Of a stretch of 64,000 nucleotides of DNA, positions 62,440 to 64,000 are shown piece by piece; position 1 is the first letter of the stretch; each line of letters starts with the position of its first letter. This stretch comes from Phoronis australis (taxonomy: Eukaryota; Animalia; Phoronida), in NCBI GenBank assembly GCA_002633005.1, contig NMRA01000811.1, positions 62,001 to 126,000 of the forward strand, in the 5' to 3' direction. Below the pieces are notes generated by a model, which searched no databases, was not told the DNA's origin, and saw only the letters and a list, made by a program, of their open reading frames with translations. A program made the translations under genes and the position numbers.

Positions 62440-64000
62440 AGGTTTTAGGTTTGATTCCGCGTTGGGGTTGAAAATCACTTTTCTCGCCTATTCTAAGGTT
62501 TTCCGGATATTCCTTCGAGTGCGCTTAACAAGAAAAGTTCGGTGCCAAAGTCACGCTATCAAACAAATGTGTAGAACCAGCAAGTGCGCAGTGCAAAAAC
62601 GTTAATTATTCAGTCGCTAACCGCGGGCAAAAATAAGTTGTGAAAATATAAGAAAAGTAGAATGAGTGGGCAAGGTATAGAAACCACCGATGTATGCATG
62701 AGCTGTAGTACACATTATTTTCCAAACATATCAGCATTTTCTGGTCGAATGAAAACATAAGATGCGTCAGTGAAGCATGCAGAAAAGAGACATGAATTGA
62801 CCATTGAGATCAAAGGTTTGTATTTTTCTTATATTTCTTTCCCCTGTGTACGGGTAATAAAGCACAATACCCGCCGGCTATAACAACCGCACACGTGGGC
62901 ACGTTTTCCAGGTGTTACCATTGAACAGTTTGGAATGTGTGCAGTGCGCCACTATGCTGAGCAGCGACAAAAATCTTAAGAAATGTCTTTTTACAATAAT
63001 TTGCTTGGGGGTTAATGTTTCTGTGACGTCTTATAGCTTGTACTACGCGGAATTCACGGGAAAATGAGTACAAGTAAATCTATACCGCATTTGTAAAACA
63101 AAACCACCCAGTTCTAGCGCCAAAGGCTCAACATCGTGTACAAACAATTCAGAATTCAAGCCTACGTATAAACTTGCTTATGGTGTATGGATCTGTTAGT
63201 TGGAAATTTCTCTGGTCCGTTGCAGGAAAAAAGTGTTTAGCGCGTGGAACTAAAATAACAATTCTCAATAGAGATTTCTCAAAATAGGCAGTTGAGTATG
63301 TCACTGTCATTTTACACCAAAACAATACAAACAGTTACCGCTTTTACTTGTTTTGAAAAGTAGAACAAGCTCAGTGTTTTTCAACCATGGCTCAAGATTT
63401 TGAACACGGCTCAAGAGTTTCTCATACATGGCGCTAGCCGGATTTCGGCACATGGCTCATAACTTTTCAGTCAAACATGGTTCAGTGTGTTGGGCACACG
63501 CTGTAGCCACCGTGTGAACATCTAGGCTGGGAAAAGGCAGGTCAAACTGCCAGGGGTCCCAGACACGGACCCCTGAGATATTTTATAACTTAGAGGCCCT
63601 TAATCCGACACTGGCCACCGTTTTCACTTCTACAACTCCACAGCTCTCAAACGACAGTTCAATGCATATTCGTTGCGTAAGAATCTGCATGTTTACAGTG
63701 TTTATTAATTATTCAAGTTACTGGATACGTAATGGTTGACAAAGGGAGACAGGAGAACCCCTATCTACGGATTTACTGGAGACGTGGAGTTACCCAAGCT
63801 TCTGAAATAGTCCTAACAAATTATCAATTTCGAGAGCTACAAAAATAAGAGGTGAGAGCCGGGATAATATTACCGCACATATAGGATGGCAAGAAGATGA
63901 CGCCTTCATTGATCAGCACTGTAGGATACAATACGATTCGACTGAGTAACTATCCACAAACATAGAACACGATATCGGTTACGAGATAAAGCCGCGTTTA

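Overview
This is eukaryotic (invertebrate metazoan-like, AT-rich, GT-AG intron) genomic DNA from a heterozygous draft assembly. Bases 1-31.2 kb (+) carry the 3' half of an axonemal dynein heavy chain, best matching DNAH10: 36 distinct exons from late AAA1 through AAA2-4, stalk/MTBD and AAA5-6 to the stop at 31197. At 33.9-36.3 kb (+) lies an intronless orphan reading frame of about 790 codons with degenerate ~100-aa acidic repeats, broken by a single in-frame TGA. An APCDD1-family Wnt-inhibitor gene lies on the minus strand (exons at 59.3, 46.6-47.2 and 42.3-43.1 kb; first exon not located). Three tandem duplications are each joined by a single N (5708, 29534, 38495) and most likely represent both alleles assembled in tandem, which exposes allele-specific insertions and VNTRs. 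There are also several MITEs, micro/minisatellites and a 348-N gap. I see no convincing new multi-gene system. The best leads are the orphan TGA-interrupted repeat gene and its possible presence/absence polymorphism, a haplotype-specific retroelement-like insertion in the last dynein intron, and recurrent intronic echoes of dynein exon ends and splice donors.
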